Positions 26,467-35,926 of a DNA stretch of 64,000 bases are shown piece by piece (within the stretch, counting starts at the first letter, position 1; every line of letters starts with the position of its first letter). The position numbers were made by a program, and so were the translations under genes. This DNA comes from Ornithinimicrobium sp. GTDB taxonomy: Bacteria; Actinomycetota; Actinomycetes; Actinomycetales; Dermatophilaceae. Location of the stretch: NCBI GenBank assembly GCA_049650845.1, contig JBASAZ010000141.1:12072-76071 (forward strand). The letters are read 5' to 3'. A model generated the notes under the pieces. It had not been told where the DNA came from, did no database searches, and saw only the letters and a program-made list of their open reading frames with translations.

Positions 26467-29313
26467 GAGGGCGTCCAGCGCCATCTGGACGGCAGTGACG
26501 CGTCCGGGCACGGGGACGTCGGTTGCGGTTCCGCCGGACTGGATGGCGAGGTCGCGCAGGTGGGCGAGGCGCTCACGGTCGAAGTCGAGCACGGGAGGGG
26601 CAAGCGGGTCGGCGTCGGCCGCGTCCAGCAGCGCAAGGGCGGTGCTCGGGGCTCCGCGTTGCACGAGGAGCTCAGCGATCAGCCGGACCATCATCCAGAC
26701 CTGACCCCACATGCCCGCATCGCGCAGACCGGCCAGCGTCTGGCTGGACGCCGCCACCGCTGTGTCGTCACCGAGCCGGATCAAGACACTCGTGCGACCG
26801 ACCTGAGCGACCCGGAGGTTGTAGTCCAGTCCCGCGGCGCGGCAGCGGGCCTCCGCCCGTTCGAAGTCAGCGAGCGCGGTCTCGGGATCACCGGCAACCA
26901 CGAGTTCGCCGTGTGTGTAGTCCACAAACCCGTCCACCGCACCGACCTTCTCGAGCAGGTCGGCGTGTCCGTCGAACCATCCGGTTGCCGTCTCATGGTC
27001 ACCGTTGAACTCGTGCATGAGCGCCGTCAGACAGACCGCGGTGGCACGCACCCAGTCCGGCGCGTCGGTGCGTCGCAGCTGGGTCTGCACGTCGTGATCC
27101 ACGCCGGTGACGTCTCCGAGGAACACACGGCCCAGGGAACGCAGGAACGGGTGAATCCACGAGTCGGGCATCAGGTCGAAGGCCGCGGTGCACCGAGCGA
27201 CCCCCATATCGGCCTGGCCGCGCAGCCACAAGGCCGCCCCCGCCGCCGCCAGACACCGGGCGCGCGCTTCGTCGGCGACCTCCGGCTGATCCAGGACGCG
27301 GTCCAACTGTGCGAGCTGATCGAGCAGGTCGAGTCGGGGATAGTCCACGACCAACACAGCGGTCTCGATGCCCACCAGACCAGCCTCGTGCCAGTCCTGG
27401 CGATCCACCGCCCGACGCAGCGCCTGATGCACGTTCGCCCGCTCACGGTGGAGCAGCTGCGCAGCGACCGGTGACCGCCGATCCTGCGCTGCGCGCGCTG
27501 CGGCGATGTGCTGCCGCACCCACGCCGAGTGCGCGTCCTGGGCCTGGCGTAGACCGGAGCGGTCGAGATGACGCTCACCCATCTGTCGAATCGGCTCGAG
27601 GATGCGGTATCGCGGCGGGTCGCGCTCGTGGTCGGCCAGGACCAGCGAGGCATCGACCAGTTCGGCGAGCAAGACTTCGGCGTGGAGTTCACCCGGAGCG
27701 AAGTGAACCAGGGCCTCGAGGGAGAACCCGTCGGCGCATACCGACAGCCGATCAAAGAGGACACGCGCCGACTCATCCAGCAACCGGTAGGACCACTCCG
27801 CGGTCGGTGCAATGCCGCGGAAGCGGTCACTGGATCCGATCGGATCCAGGATCTCCAGGCCAACCACGATCCCGTCCCGGAGCTGACGGAGTCCGAACAC
27901 CGACTCGCGTTGGGCGGCCAGCTCGACCGCCAACGGAAGTCCATCGAGGTAGTGGCAGATCTCCTCCATGACACCGCGGTCCTGCGCCGAGATATCGAAT
28001 CCTGGGCGGAGCATCGCGGCTCGATCACAGAACAGCTCGACCTGCGCGTCGGTCGGCAACGGTGCGAGCCGGACGAGCCGTTCACCGGCCACGTCGAGGC
28101 GTCGGCGCGAGGTGACCAGGAGGCGCAGTCCGGGGCACCGGGCAAGCAATGTCGCCGCCAGTTCGGCTATCGCTTCACGGACATGCTCACAGTTGTCCAA
28201 CACGAGCACCGACGGGGGCCCCGAGAGCTGGTCGACGATGGCGTCGATGGTCCCCGTGGGCGCGGAGGCGAGCCCCAGGGCGCCGGCCACCGCCGCCGCC
28301 ACCTCATCGGACCCGCCTACCGGCGCGAGGGCAACGAAGACGACCCCCGGCCGGCCCAGCCCACGATCGTCCAGACCCTCGATCCCGGAGAGGAACTCGA
28401 GCACGAGCCTGGTCTTCCCGACCCCTCCTGGCCCCACCACGGTGACCAGCGAGTGTGAGGTGAGGGCCTGCCGGAGACGGTCCACGTCCTGCTGTCGTCC
28501 AACGAACAGATCAGCCGGTGGCTGGAATGACCTGGTGGCCGTTGGCGCGGGAGGCCGCCGAGGTCGGGTCCGCAGAGTGGGGTCGTCGGTCAGGATCCGT
28601 TGCTCCAGCTCGCGCAATGCCGGGCCAGGATCCAGGCCGGTCTCATCGGCGAGACGACGCCGGTAGGACGATACGGCGCTCAGTGCGTCGGTGGTCCGTC
28701 CCGTGTCGTGGAGCGCTTGGGCGAGCAGTTCGACTCCCCGCTCGTGCAGCGGGTCCTCCACCGCACCGCGCTCGAGGTCAGGGATCGCGCCGGCGGCGTC
28801 ACCGGCGGTGAGCTGAAGGGCCGCCCGGTCCTCGCTGAGCTGCCGCCGCCACGCATCGAGGTGAGCGAGGTCGGGGGCGAACGCAACGGTGTCCGGTATG
28901 TCGGCAAGCGGATCACCCCGCCACAGGGCGAGGGCGTCGCGCAACAGGTCGGCAGCACGCGCCGAATCCTCCGACGCCACATCGCGGGCCTGCGCCACCA
29001 AGGCCCGCGCAGCCCCCACGTCGATATCGGCGGGCGAGACCACGAGTCGATACCCGCCCGGCTCGTGGACCACCTGATCGGACCCGATGACGTGACGCAG
29101 TCGCGACACATAACTCTGCAGATTTCCCTGGGCGTTCGCGGGCACGTCACCCGACCACAACGTCTCGATGAGTCTCGCCACCGAGACGGGTCGGCCCACG
29201 TCCAGCGCCAGCCGGGCAAGCAGGATCCGCTGCCGCGCACTAGGCAATGCGACTGGTTCGCCGTTGACCACCACGCAAACAGGCCCGAGCACCGCGACCT
29301 CGAGGGCACGCAC
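26452..29313 (-). CDS. AfsR/SARP family regulator: OmpR-type winged-helix + BTAD + NB-ARC P-loop ATPase + C-terminal TPR-like region
   Basis: 953-aa ORF with a GTG start. wHTH LLARLALDVGRPVSVARLIETLWSG. BTAD ALALWRGDPLADIPD...YRRRLADETGLDPGPALRELEQRIL. Walker A GPGGVGKTRL. Walker B VLVLDNCEH. Confidence 0.85.
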   Translation of the reverse strand: MRALEVAVLGPVCVVVNGEPVALPSARQRILLARLALDVGRPVSVARLIETLWSGDVPANAQGNLQSYVSRLRHVIGSDQVVHEPGGYRLVVSPADIDVGAARALVAQARDVASEDSARAADLLRDALALWRGDPLADIPDTVAFAPDLAHLDAWRRQLSEDRAALQLTAGDAAGAIPDLERGAVEDPLHERGVELLAQALHDTGRTTDALSAVSSYRRRLADETGLDPGPALRELEQRILTDDPTLRTRPRRPPAPTATRSFQPPADLFVGRQQDVDRLRQALTSHSLVTVVGPGGVGKTRLVLEFLSGIEGLDDRGLGRPGVVFVALAPVGGSDEVAAAVAGALGLASAPTGTIDAIVDQLSGPPSVLVLDNCEHVREAIAELAATLLARCPGLRLLVTSRRRLDVAGERLVRLAPLPTDAQVELFCDRAAMLRPGFDISAQDRGVMEEICHYLDGLPLAVELAAQRESVFGLRQLRDGIVVGLEILDPIGSSDRFRGIAPTAEWSYRLLDESARVLFDRLSVCADGFSLEALVHFAPGELHAEVLLAELVDASLVLADHERDPPRYRILEPIRQMGERHLDRSGLRQAQDAHSAWVRQHIAAARAAQDRRSPVAAQLLHRERANVHQALRRAVDRQDWHEAGLVGIETAVLVVDYPRLDLLDQLAQLDRVLDQPEVADEARARCLAAAGAALWLRGQADMGVARCTAAFDLMPDSWIHPFLRSLGRVFLGDVTGVDHDVQTQLRRTDAPDWVRATAVCLTALMHEFNGDHETATGWFDGHADLLEKVGAVDGFVDYTHGELVVAGDPETALADFERAEARCRAAGLDYNLRVAQVGRTSVLIRLGDDTAVAASSQTLAGLRDAGMWGQVWMMVRLIAELLVQRGAPSTALALLDAADADPLAPPVLDFDRERLAHLRDLAIQSGGTATDVPVPGRVTAVQMALDALAGVG

Positions 29314-29331
29314 TACGCCAGTATAGGAGGC

Positions 29332-30012
29332 TCACCCGTCCGCTTCTGGGCGCAGCAGGGCGCGTTGCACGAGGAGGACAGCCTGCCCATCCTGCTCCCC
29401 CGCCATCGCGCTGCGAACCATCCGCAGACGTTCCTGAAGGCCGGCCACCTGAAGCAGTCGACTGACATCATCGGGTGAACGGTGATACCGCATCAGCGTG
29501 ACCTCGTGGCCGAGCCGTCGATATCCCCCGGCGACATCACGGACCCCGGCGCCGGTCTGAAACGCGAACAGCGCGAGACCACCGGGCTGCACGACACGAC
29601 GGGCCTCGGCGAACACTTCCGTGAGCGCATCGTCCGGCATATGGATGATGGAGTACCAGTACAGCGCGGCTGCGAACGTGCTGTCCTCGAAGGGGAGGTC
29701 AGCAATGGAGGCCACCCGAGCGTCCATGCCTGGATGGTCCCGACGACACATGTCGATCATCCGGGGCGACAGGTCGACTCCGAGCACCCGACATCCGCGC
29801 TCGGTGAGGTACTGGCTCATCCGCCCCGCGCCGCACCCAGCGTCTAACACCAGCGGCGGACCGCTCTGGTATCGGAGTTGGTCGACCATATGATCAATGC
29901 CCGCCAGGTCAATCCGCTGCTCCGGTTCAGTCGATCGGAAGAAGGCCGCATAGTCGTCCGCCACGGCGTCATAGGCAGTCTTGGCGTCATCCGCACCTGG
30001 GGACCCGCTCAC
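29332..30012 (-). CDS. class I SAM-dependent methyltransferase
   Basis: ORF 29332..30186. The start is uncertain (GTG 30012 preferred, ATG 30090 possible). YDAVADDYAAFF, motif I VLDAGCGAGRMSQYL, FAAALYWYSIIHM. 18 bp upstream of the SARP gene. Confidence 0.75.
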   Translation of the reverse strand: MSGSPGADDAKTAYDAVADDYAAFFRSTEPEQRIDLAGIDHMVDQLRYQSGPPLVLDAGCGAGRMSQYLTERGCRVLGVDLSPRMIDMCRRDHPGMDARVASIADLPFEDSTFAAALYWYSIIHMPDDALTEVFAEARRVVQPGGLALFAFQTGAGVRDVAGGYRRLGHEVTLMRYHRSPDDVSRLLQVAGLQERLRMVRSAMAGEQDGQAVLLVQRALLRPEADG

Positions 30013-30298
30013 CCCGAAAGACTGCCATAACCAGAGCCACGGCCGCCCGTGAGGACTGTGCCGGCTGTCGTGACCACATCGTCCGCGCATCACCCCGGTT
30101 GGCCTCCCGCCCGATCTTGCCGGGGTCGTGAGCGCTGCCGTAGGCTGCGTCCCGCCGTGCTGGCTGCGTAGGGCCGCCGCCGGCACAGCGTGGGCGTCTC
30201 GTCCGGCGTGGATCCCGACTCAGCAAGGGGGCAGGTCAGTGTCGTTCCACCCTCAGGCCATCCTCTTCAGGACCTTCGGTGTCCGACCGGTGCGCGAG

Positions 30299-31051
30299 AT
30301 GCGCAACAAGATCCGTTTGGCTCGGGGAGCATGGAGGATGCGGCGCATCGAGAACGCCGAGGTCGCCCGACTCGGCACGACATCACCCCTGGCCGCAGAC
30401 GTCGTGACCGTCGTCCCGACCTTCCGCCGGCCCGAGCTGCTGGTCACGGCGGTGGCCTCGGCCCTCGCGCAGACGTACCCCGACCATGCCGTGATCGTCA
30501 TCGACGACGGCGGAGGACTGCCTGCGCTGCCGCAGGATCCTCGATTGCGTGTGCTGTCGCTTGCGTGCAACACCCGCACGCCCGGGGTCGTCCGCAACGT
30601 GGGAATCCGGCTGACCGAGTCGCGGCTGATCGCCTTCCTCGATGACGACAACACGTGGCGACCTGACCACCTCGCCACCGCGGTCGCGGAGATCAACCGG
30701 GGGGCCGACCTGGTGTATACCGGCGTGAGGTTGAGCAACAGTGACGGCAGCCCGTACCGAGTGCTGTCCGACCCCTTCGACCGCGTGCGTCACCGAGCGG
30801 ACGCCTTCGTGGACACCAACGCCATCGTCGTGCGGCGCGGCCGACGCGTGCGTTACAGCCGCTTGCCCCGCACCGCCACCACGACTCCACGCGAGGACTG
30901 GGAGTTCGTTCATCGGTTGAGTCGCCGCATGACGGTGCGCCACGTGGACCGGATCACGGTCGACTACCTCGTCCACGGGGACAGCTACTACACCGACTGG
31001 AACGCCGACACCTCCGGACCCGGACCGGCCAGCGCCGCGGACAGCGCCTAA
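30299..31051 (+). CDS. family 2 glycosyltransferase
   Basis: ORF 30128..31051. ATG 30299 or 30338 is the likely start. VVTVVPTFRRPELL, VIVIDDGG, DxD FLDDDNTW. Confidence 0.75.
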   Translation: MRNKIRLARGAWRMRRIENAEVARLGTTSPLAADVVTVVPTFRRPELLVTAVASALAQTYPDHAVIVIDDGGGLPALPQDPRLRVLSLACNTRTPGVVRNVGIRLTESRLIAFLDDDNTWRPDHLATAVAEINRGADLVYTGVRLSNSDGSPYRVLSDPFDRVRHRADAFVDTNAIVVRRGRRVRYSRLPRTATTTPREDWEFVHRLSRRMTVRHVDRITVDYLVHGDSYYTDWNADTSGPGPASAADSA

Positions 31052-31082
31052 GGCAGTCCGCGACGCGTCAGCTACGCACCGC

Positions 31083-32564
31083 TCACCCTCGGACTCCGTC
31101 GTTGGGGGTGGGTTCGGCACCCGGCGCCGCGTGGTGCGGGCGGTAGCGCTGCGCGGGATGAGTCGCGCGCACCAAGCTCCGCATCGAGGCCAGATCGGGC
31201 AGGTCGGCACCCATGGCTCGAGCCTGCACCAGGACGTTGCCGATCGCCGAGGCCTCAACCGGCCCGGCCAGCACGGGCAACCCCGTGGCGTCCGCGGTCG
31301 CCTGGCAGAGCAGCTGGTTGCGCGCGCCGCCTCCCACCAGGTGCACCACCTGCACCTCCATCCCGGTCAGCTCACCGATCTGGTCCAGCGTGCGTGCATA
31401 CGCCGCCGCCAGACTGTCCACGATGCACCGCACCACGTCACCCGGAGACTGCGGCACCGGCTGGCCGCTGCGCTCGCAGTGCGCGCGAATCCGGGCCGGC
31501 ATGTCCCCCGGCGGCAGGAAGTCGGGGTGCCCCGGGTCGATCACACTTCGTCCGGCCGGAACTGACGCCGCCTCGTGCAGCAGCTCGTGCAGGTCCACCT
31601 GCCAGCCCTGATCGGCCCAGGTCCGGATGGACTCGGACAGGACCCACAGTCCGGAGACGTTGCGCAGGAAGCGAATGGTGCCGTCGACCCCGCCTTCGTT
31701 GGTGAAGTCCATCTCCCGCGCCGCCGTGGTCAACACCGGTGAGGGCAGCTCCACCCCGACCAACGACCAGGTCCCTGAGCAGATGTATGCCGCACGGCCC
31801 GGGTCATCGAACGGAACCGCCACCACGGCCGAGGCGGTGTCGTGCGAGCCCACGGTCACCACCGGCGTCGCAACCCCCAACCCGGTCTGCTCCGACACCG
31901 CGTCGCTGACCGGGCCGAGGATCACGCCGGGATCGACCAGCGTCGGCAACAGCCGGGTCGGCACCCCGAGGCGCTGCACCACGTCCACGGCCCACTGCGA
32001 CAGTCGCGCGTCGAACATGTCCGTGGTCGATGCGTTGGTCCGCTCCGCGGCGACGACGCCGGTAAGCCAGTATCCGAACAGGTCTGGCAGCAACAGCATC
32101 GTCTCGGCGATGTCCAACCGCGTGCCCTCGGTCAGCAGCTGGAACAGCGTGCTGAACGGCAAACGCTGCAACCCCGTCACGTCATACAACGACGCCTCGC
32201 CGATCCGTGCTTCCACACCCGCACGCACGCCGTCGGTGCGCGAGTCCCGATGACTGACCGGTATGCCGATCAGCTGCCCGCCCGAGTCGAGGAGTCCGTA
32301 GTCGATCGCCCACGAGTCGATCCCCACCGACTGCACCGGCCCGGCGGCGGCCGCCGCGCGCAACCCGACCAGCACCTCGCGAAACAGGCCGAGAACGTCC
32401 CAGTGCAACCGATCGCGCACCGGGACTGCGCCGTTGTCGAACCGGTGCACCTCCTGCAGGGACAACTGGTCTGCCCCCACCGTGCCCACGACCACCCGTC
32501 CGCTGCTGGCACCAAGATCGACCGCGACCACCCGCAGCGGCGCCGGCACCGGGCTAGGAGTCAC
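31083..32564 (-). CDS. rhaB: rhamnulokinase (FGGY carbohydrate kinase)
   Basis: 493-aa ORF. VAVDLGASSGRV, GIDSWAIDYGLLD, HLVGGGARNQLLCQ. Last gene of the rha catabolic operon. Confidence 0.85.
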   Translation of the reverse strand: MTPSPVPAPLRVVAVDLGASSGRVVVGTVGADQLSLQEVHRFDNGAVPVRDRLHWDVLGLFREVLVGLRAAAAAGPVQSVGIDSWAIDYGLLDSGGQLIGIPVSHRDSRTDGVRAGVEARIGEASLYDVTGLQRLPFSTLFQLLTEGTRLDIAETMLLLPDLFGYWLTGVVAAERTNASTTDMFDARLSQWAVDVVQRLGVPTRLLPTLVDPGVILGPVSDAVSEQTGLGVATPVVTVGSHDTASAVVAVPFDDPGRAAYICSGTWSLVGVELPSPVLTTAAREMDFTNEGGVDGTIRFLRNVSGLWVLSESIRTWADQGWQVDLHELLHEAASVPAGRSVIDPGHPDFLPPGDMPARIRAHCERSGQPVPQSPGDVVRCIVDSLAAAYARTLDQIGELTGMEVQVVHLVGGGARNQLLCQATADATGLPVLAGPVEASAIGNVLVQARAMGADLPDLASMRSLVRATHPAQRYRPHHAAPGAEPTPNDGVRG

Positions 32565-32567
32565 CGC

Positions 32568-34604
32568 TCACCTCAGGAACCCGGCGGCAACACCGGCATC
32601 GACGGGGATGTGCAGACCGGTGGTCTGGCTGAGGTCTCCCCCGGTGAGCACAAAGACCGCCGCCGCCACGTGCTCGGGCAGCACCTCGCGCTTGAGGATC
32701 GTGCGTTGGGCGTAGAACTCGCCCAGATTGTCTTCGCTCACTCCATAGACCGCGGCTCGTTGGGCCCCCCAGCCGCCGGCGAAGATGCCCGACCCTCGGA
32801 CCACCCCGTCGGGGTTGACGCCGTTGACCCTGATTCCGTGCGCTCCCAGCTCGGCCGCCAGCAGCCGCACCTGGTGAGCCTGATCGGCCTTGGTGGACCC
32901 ATATGCGACGTTGTTGGGTCCGGCGAAAACCGCATTCTTGGATGAGATATAGACGATGTCACCGCCCATGTCTTGGTCGATCATCGTCTTGGCGGCTGCC
33001 CGGGAGACCAGGAACGACCCCTTGGCCATGACGTTGTGCTGGATGTCCCAGTCCGCCTCGGAGGTCTCCAGCAACGGTTTGGAAATGGACAAGCCCGCGT
33101 TGTTGACGACCAGGTCGAGTCCGCCGAAGGCGAGCGCGGCCGCATCGACCGCGCCCTGCACCGCCGCAGCCTCGGTCACGTCCGTGCGCACCGCGATGGC
33201 ACGGTCGGGCCCGCCGATCACCTCGGCGGCGTCGTGAGCCGCGTCGAGGTCCAGATCGGCGATCACCACACACGCTCCTTCGGCCGCGAGCCGCCGTGCG
33301 GTGGCCAAGCCGATACCCGATGCTCCCCCGGTGACCAAGGCAATCCGCCCGGCCAGGGGCTTGGGTGCCGGCATCCGCTGGAGCTTGGCTTCTTCCAGCG
33401 CCCAGTACTCGATGCGGAACTTCTCGGACTCCTCGATCGGTGCATAAGTGGAGACCGCCTCGGCGCCTCGCATCACGTTGATCGCGTTGAGATAGAACTC
33501 CCCGGCCACCCGTGCGGTCTGCTTGTCCTTCCCGAACGAGAACATCCCCACGCCCGGCACCAGCACGATCGCCGGGTCGGCGCCACGCATCGCAGGTGAA
33601 TCGGCGGTGGCGTGGCGCTCGTAGTAGGCGGCGTAGTCCTCGCGGTATGCCGTATGGAGCTCGGTCAACCGGGCGCCCACTTCGCCCAGGCTCGCGTCTG
33701 CCGGCAGGTCCAGCACCAGTGGACGCACTTTGGTGCGCAGGAAATGGTCCGGGCAGGAGGTTCCCAGAGCCCCCAACGGCTGCAGCTTCTCCCGCGACAG
33801 GAAGTCCAGCACCGGTCCACTGTCGATGTAATGGCCGATCACCGGCGCATCCGTGGAGGCCAACCCGCGGATGAGCGGGGCTAGGGCCGCCGCCCGCGCA
33901 TGACGCGCGGGCGCTGGCAGCGCGGCGTATCCCGGCACCTCTGCCCCGAACGGCTGGTCCTGACCGTGCTCGGCGAGGAACGTCTCGGCGGTGCCAATGA
34001 TCTCCGTCGAGTTGGCTTCGCACTCCAGCGACGTGTCACCCCACGCGGTGACCCCGTGCCCGCCCAGGACACAGCCAATGGCCTGCGGGTGTGCTTCGTA
34101 GACGGCGGCAATGTCCAGCCCCAGTTGGAAGCCGGGCCGACGCCAGGGCACCCAGACCACTCGATCGCCGAAGCACTGCCGGGTCAGCTCCTCGCCGTCG
34201 GCGCAGGTGGCCAGGGCGATTCCGGAGTCGGGGTGCAGATGGTCGACATGCGGCGCACCGACCAGTCCGTGCATGGCGGTGTCGATGGACGGGGCGGCCC
34301 CACCCTTGCCGTGCAGGCAGTAGTCGAAAGCCCCGACCATCTCGTCTTCCCGCTCCACACCCGGATACGTCGCGACCAGCGAACGCAACCGGTCCAGCCG
34401 CAGTGTCGCGAGGCCGGCGTGGGTCAACGTGCCCAGGTCCCCGCCGGATCCCTTGACCCAGAGCACCTCCGTGGCTGCGGCGGTGACCGGGTCGGTCAGC
34501 GTCCCCTTGGCCGAGGTGTTGCCCCCGGCGTAGTTGGTGTTGCGCGGGTCGGCGCCGAGCCGGTTTGAGCGCTCGATCAACTCTTGGGCCCTCTGGTGCG
34601 TCAT
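32568..34604 (-). CDS. rhaEW: bifunctional L-rhamnulose-1-phosphate aldolase / short-chain dehydrogenase (lactaldehyde dehydrogenase) fusion
   Basis: ORF 32568..34721 trimmed to ATG 34604 (alternative 34616), giving 678 aa. N-terminal class II aldolase/adducin domain (NYAGGNTSAKG...VKGSGGDL). C-terminal SDR (ALVTGGASGIGLATA, YGSTKA). Confidence 0.85.
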   Translation of the reverse strand: MTHQRAQELIERSNRLGADPRNTNYAGGNTSAKGTLTDPVTAAATEVLWVKGSGGDLGTLTHAGLATLRLDRLRSLVATYPGVEREDEMVGAFDYCLHGKGGAAPSIDTAMHGLVGAPHVDHLHPDSGIALATCADGEELTRQCFGDRVVWVPWRRPGFQLGLDIAAVYEAHPQAIGCVLGGHGVTAWGDTSLECEANSTEIIGTAETFLAEHGQDQPFGAEVPGYAALPAPARHARAAALAPLIRGLASTDAPVIGHYIDSGPVLDFLSREKLQPLGALGTSCPDHFLRTKVRPLVLDLPADASLGEVGARLTELHTAYREDYAAYYERHATADSPAMRGADPAIVLVPGVGMFSFGKDKQTARVAGEFYLNAINVMRGAEAVSTYAPIEESEKFRIEYWALEEAKLQRMPAPKPLAGRIALVTGGASGIGLATARRLAAEGACVVIADLDLDAAHDAAEVIGGPDRAIAVRTDVTEAAAVQGAVDAAALAFGGLDLVVNNAGLSISKPLLETSEADWDIQHNVMAKGSFLVSRAAAKTMIDQDMGGDIVYISSKNAVFAGPNNVAYGSTKADQAHQVRLLAAELGAHGIRVNGVNPDGVVRGSGIFAGGWGAQRAAVYGVSEDNLGEFYAQRTILKREVLPEHVAAAVFVLTGGDLSQTTGLHIPVDAGVAAGFLR

Positions 34605-34606
34605 GG

Positions 34607-35770
34607 TCAGCTCCATCCTGCTTGGGCGCCGCCCAAACGGTTCGATTCGATTTGCTCTTGGTAGCCGCTGCTCAGATACGCCTTCATCGGGTCCGCTGGC
34701 AGCCCGCGATCTTCGCGCCATCGGGCCAGTGCCGGGCGCACATCGGTGGAGAAGGCGTCCATGAAGATGGCGTTCGCAGCCAGCACGTCACCGTCTCCGC
34801 GCGCCTGAGCCAGCGCGTCGCCGTCGATGAGCAGGGCGCGCGCCGTCATCTCCTGAACGTTGAGCACCGAGCGGATCTGTCCAGGAATCTTTGCTTCGAT
34901 GTTGTGGCACTGGTCCAGCATCAGCGCCACTGCGCTCTCGGGCCCGATGCCGCCACCCCGGATCACTTCGACCATGATCCGGAAGAGCTGGAACGGGTCG
35001 GCGGCTCCCACGATCAGGTCATCGTCGGCATAGAACCGGCTGTTGAAGTCGAACGAGCCGAGCTTTCCGAGCCGCAGCAGCTGGGCGACGATGAACTCGA
35101 TGTTGGTGCCGGGCGCGTGGTGGCCGGTGTCCAGGCAGACCAGAGCCCGCTCGCCGAGCGCGGCCACGTGCACGTATGACGTGCCCCAGTCCGGGACGTC
35201 CGTGTGATAGAACGCGGGCTCGAAGAACTTGTACTCCAGCACCAGGCGCTGCTCCTGGCCCAGCCGGTCGTAGATGGCGGCGAGCCCCTCGGCGAGCCAC
35301 TCCTGACGGTCGCGCATGTCCGCCTGCCCGGGATAGTTCGACCCGTCGGCCAACCAGATCTTCAGGTCTCGCGACCTGGTGACGTCCATCACGTCGATGC
35401 AGGCCACGTTGTGCTCGACTGCTTTGGCTCGCACCGCGGGGTCGGTGTGGGTCAGGCTGCCCAGCTTGTAGGCGTCGTCTTGGAACGTGTTGCTGTTGAC
35501 GGTTCCGAGGCCGACCCCCAGCTCGTGCGCGTAGCTGCGCAATGCGGCGAAGTCGTCGACCTGATCCCACGGGATGTGCAGGGCCACCGAGGGGGTCAGC
35601 CCGGTCACCCGGTGCACCTGCGCGGCGTCGGCGATCTTCTCCTGCACCGTGCGCGGTGTGCCCGGTGAGCCGAACACCTTGAACCTGGTGCCCGAGTTGC
35701 CGTAGGCCCAGGACGGCACCTCGATGGCGAGCTCATCAAGCAGCGGGTGCAGCGTCAGTTCCTCATTCAT
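34607..35770 (-). CDS. rhaI: L-rhamnose isomerase (xylose-isomerase-like TIM barrel, actinobacterial / P. stutzeri type)
   Basis: 387-aa ORF. VPSWAYGNSGTRFKVF, LEYKFFEPAFYHTD, LDTGHHAPGTNIEFIV, FDFNSRFYADDDL. Confidence 0.85.
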   Translation of the reverse strand: MNEELTLHPLLDELAIEVPSWAYGNSGTRFKVFGSPGTPRTVQEKIADAAQVHRVTGLTPSVALHIPWDQVDDFAALRSYAHELGVGLGTVNSNTFQDDAYKLGSLTHTDPAVRAKAVEHNVACIDVMDVTRSRDLKIWLADGSNYPGQADMRDRQEWLAEGLAAIYDRLGQEQRLVLEYKFFEPAFYHTDVPDWGTSYVHVAALGERALVCLDTGHHAPGTNIEFIVAQLLRLGKLGSFDFNSRFYADDDLIVGAADPFQLFRIMVEVIRGGGIGPESAVALMLDQCHNIEAKIPGQIRSVLNVQEMTARALLIDGDALAQARGDGDVLAANAIFMDAFSTDVRPALARWREDRGLPADPMKAYLSSGYQEQIESNRLGGAQAGWS

Positions 35771-35812
35771 GTCAGTCCTTCGCGGTCTTTCGCGGATGGG
35801 TTTGCGCGGATC

Positions 35813-35860
35813 GGTGGCTCACACCGGGGCCTCCCGTGGCGACGGGTGTGTTCCGCCACC
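35813..35860 (-). other. intercistronic nested stem-loop between the rhamnose-binding-protein gene and rhaI
   Basis: GGTGGC-T-CACACC...GGGTGTG-TTCC-GCCACC, with outer 6-bp and inner 6-bp helices. Sits in a 156-bp gap inside a co-directional gene string, typical of mRNA-stabilising or attenuating hairpins after SBP genes. Confidence 0.35.
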
Positions 35861-35926
35861 ATCTCGGGGTGCACCTGCAGTTGGAAGCAGACTCATCGCG
35901 TGGGGTGTCCTGCCGGCCGGAGGGTC

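Noticed and set aside
26452-29313. Large P-loop/TPR protein as an Avs/STAND-type immune sensor.
   Set aside because: The N-terminus is an OmpR-type winged helix plus BTAD, which is the SARP transcription-activator architecture. No nuclease, TIR, Sir2 or protease effector domain is present.
30013-30298. Possible additional small gene or SARP heptamer repeats in the 286-bp methyltransferase/GT2 divergent region (GGCTGCGT occurs twice).
   Set aside because: There is no ORF with an SD or plausible composition. The 8-mer repeat is short and lacks the 11-bp phasing typical of SARP boxes. The gap size itself depends on an uncertain methyltransferase start (30012 versus 30090).
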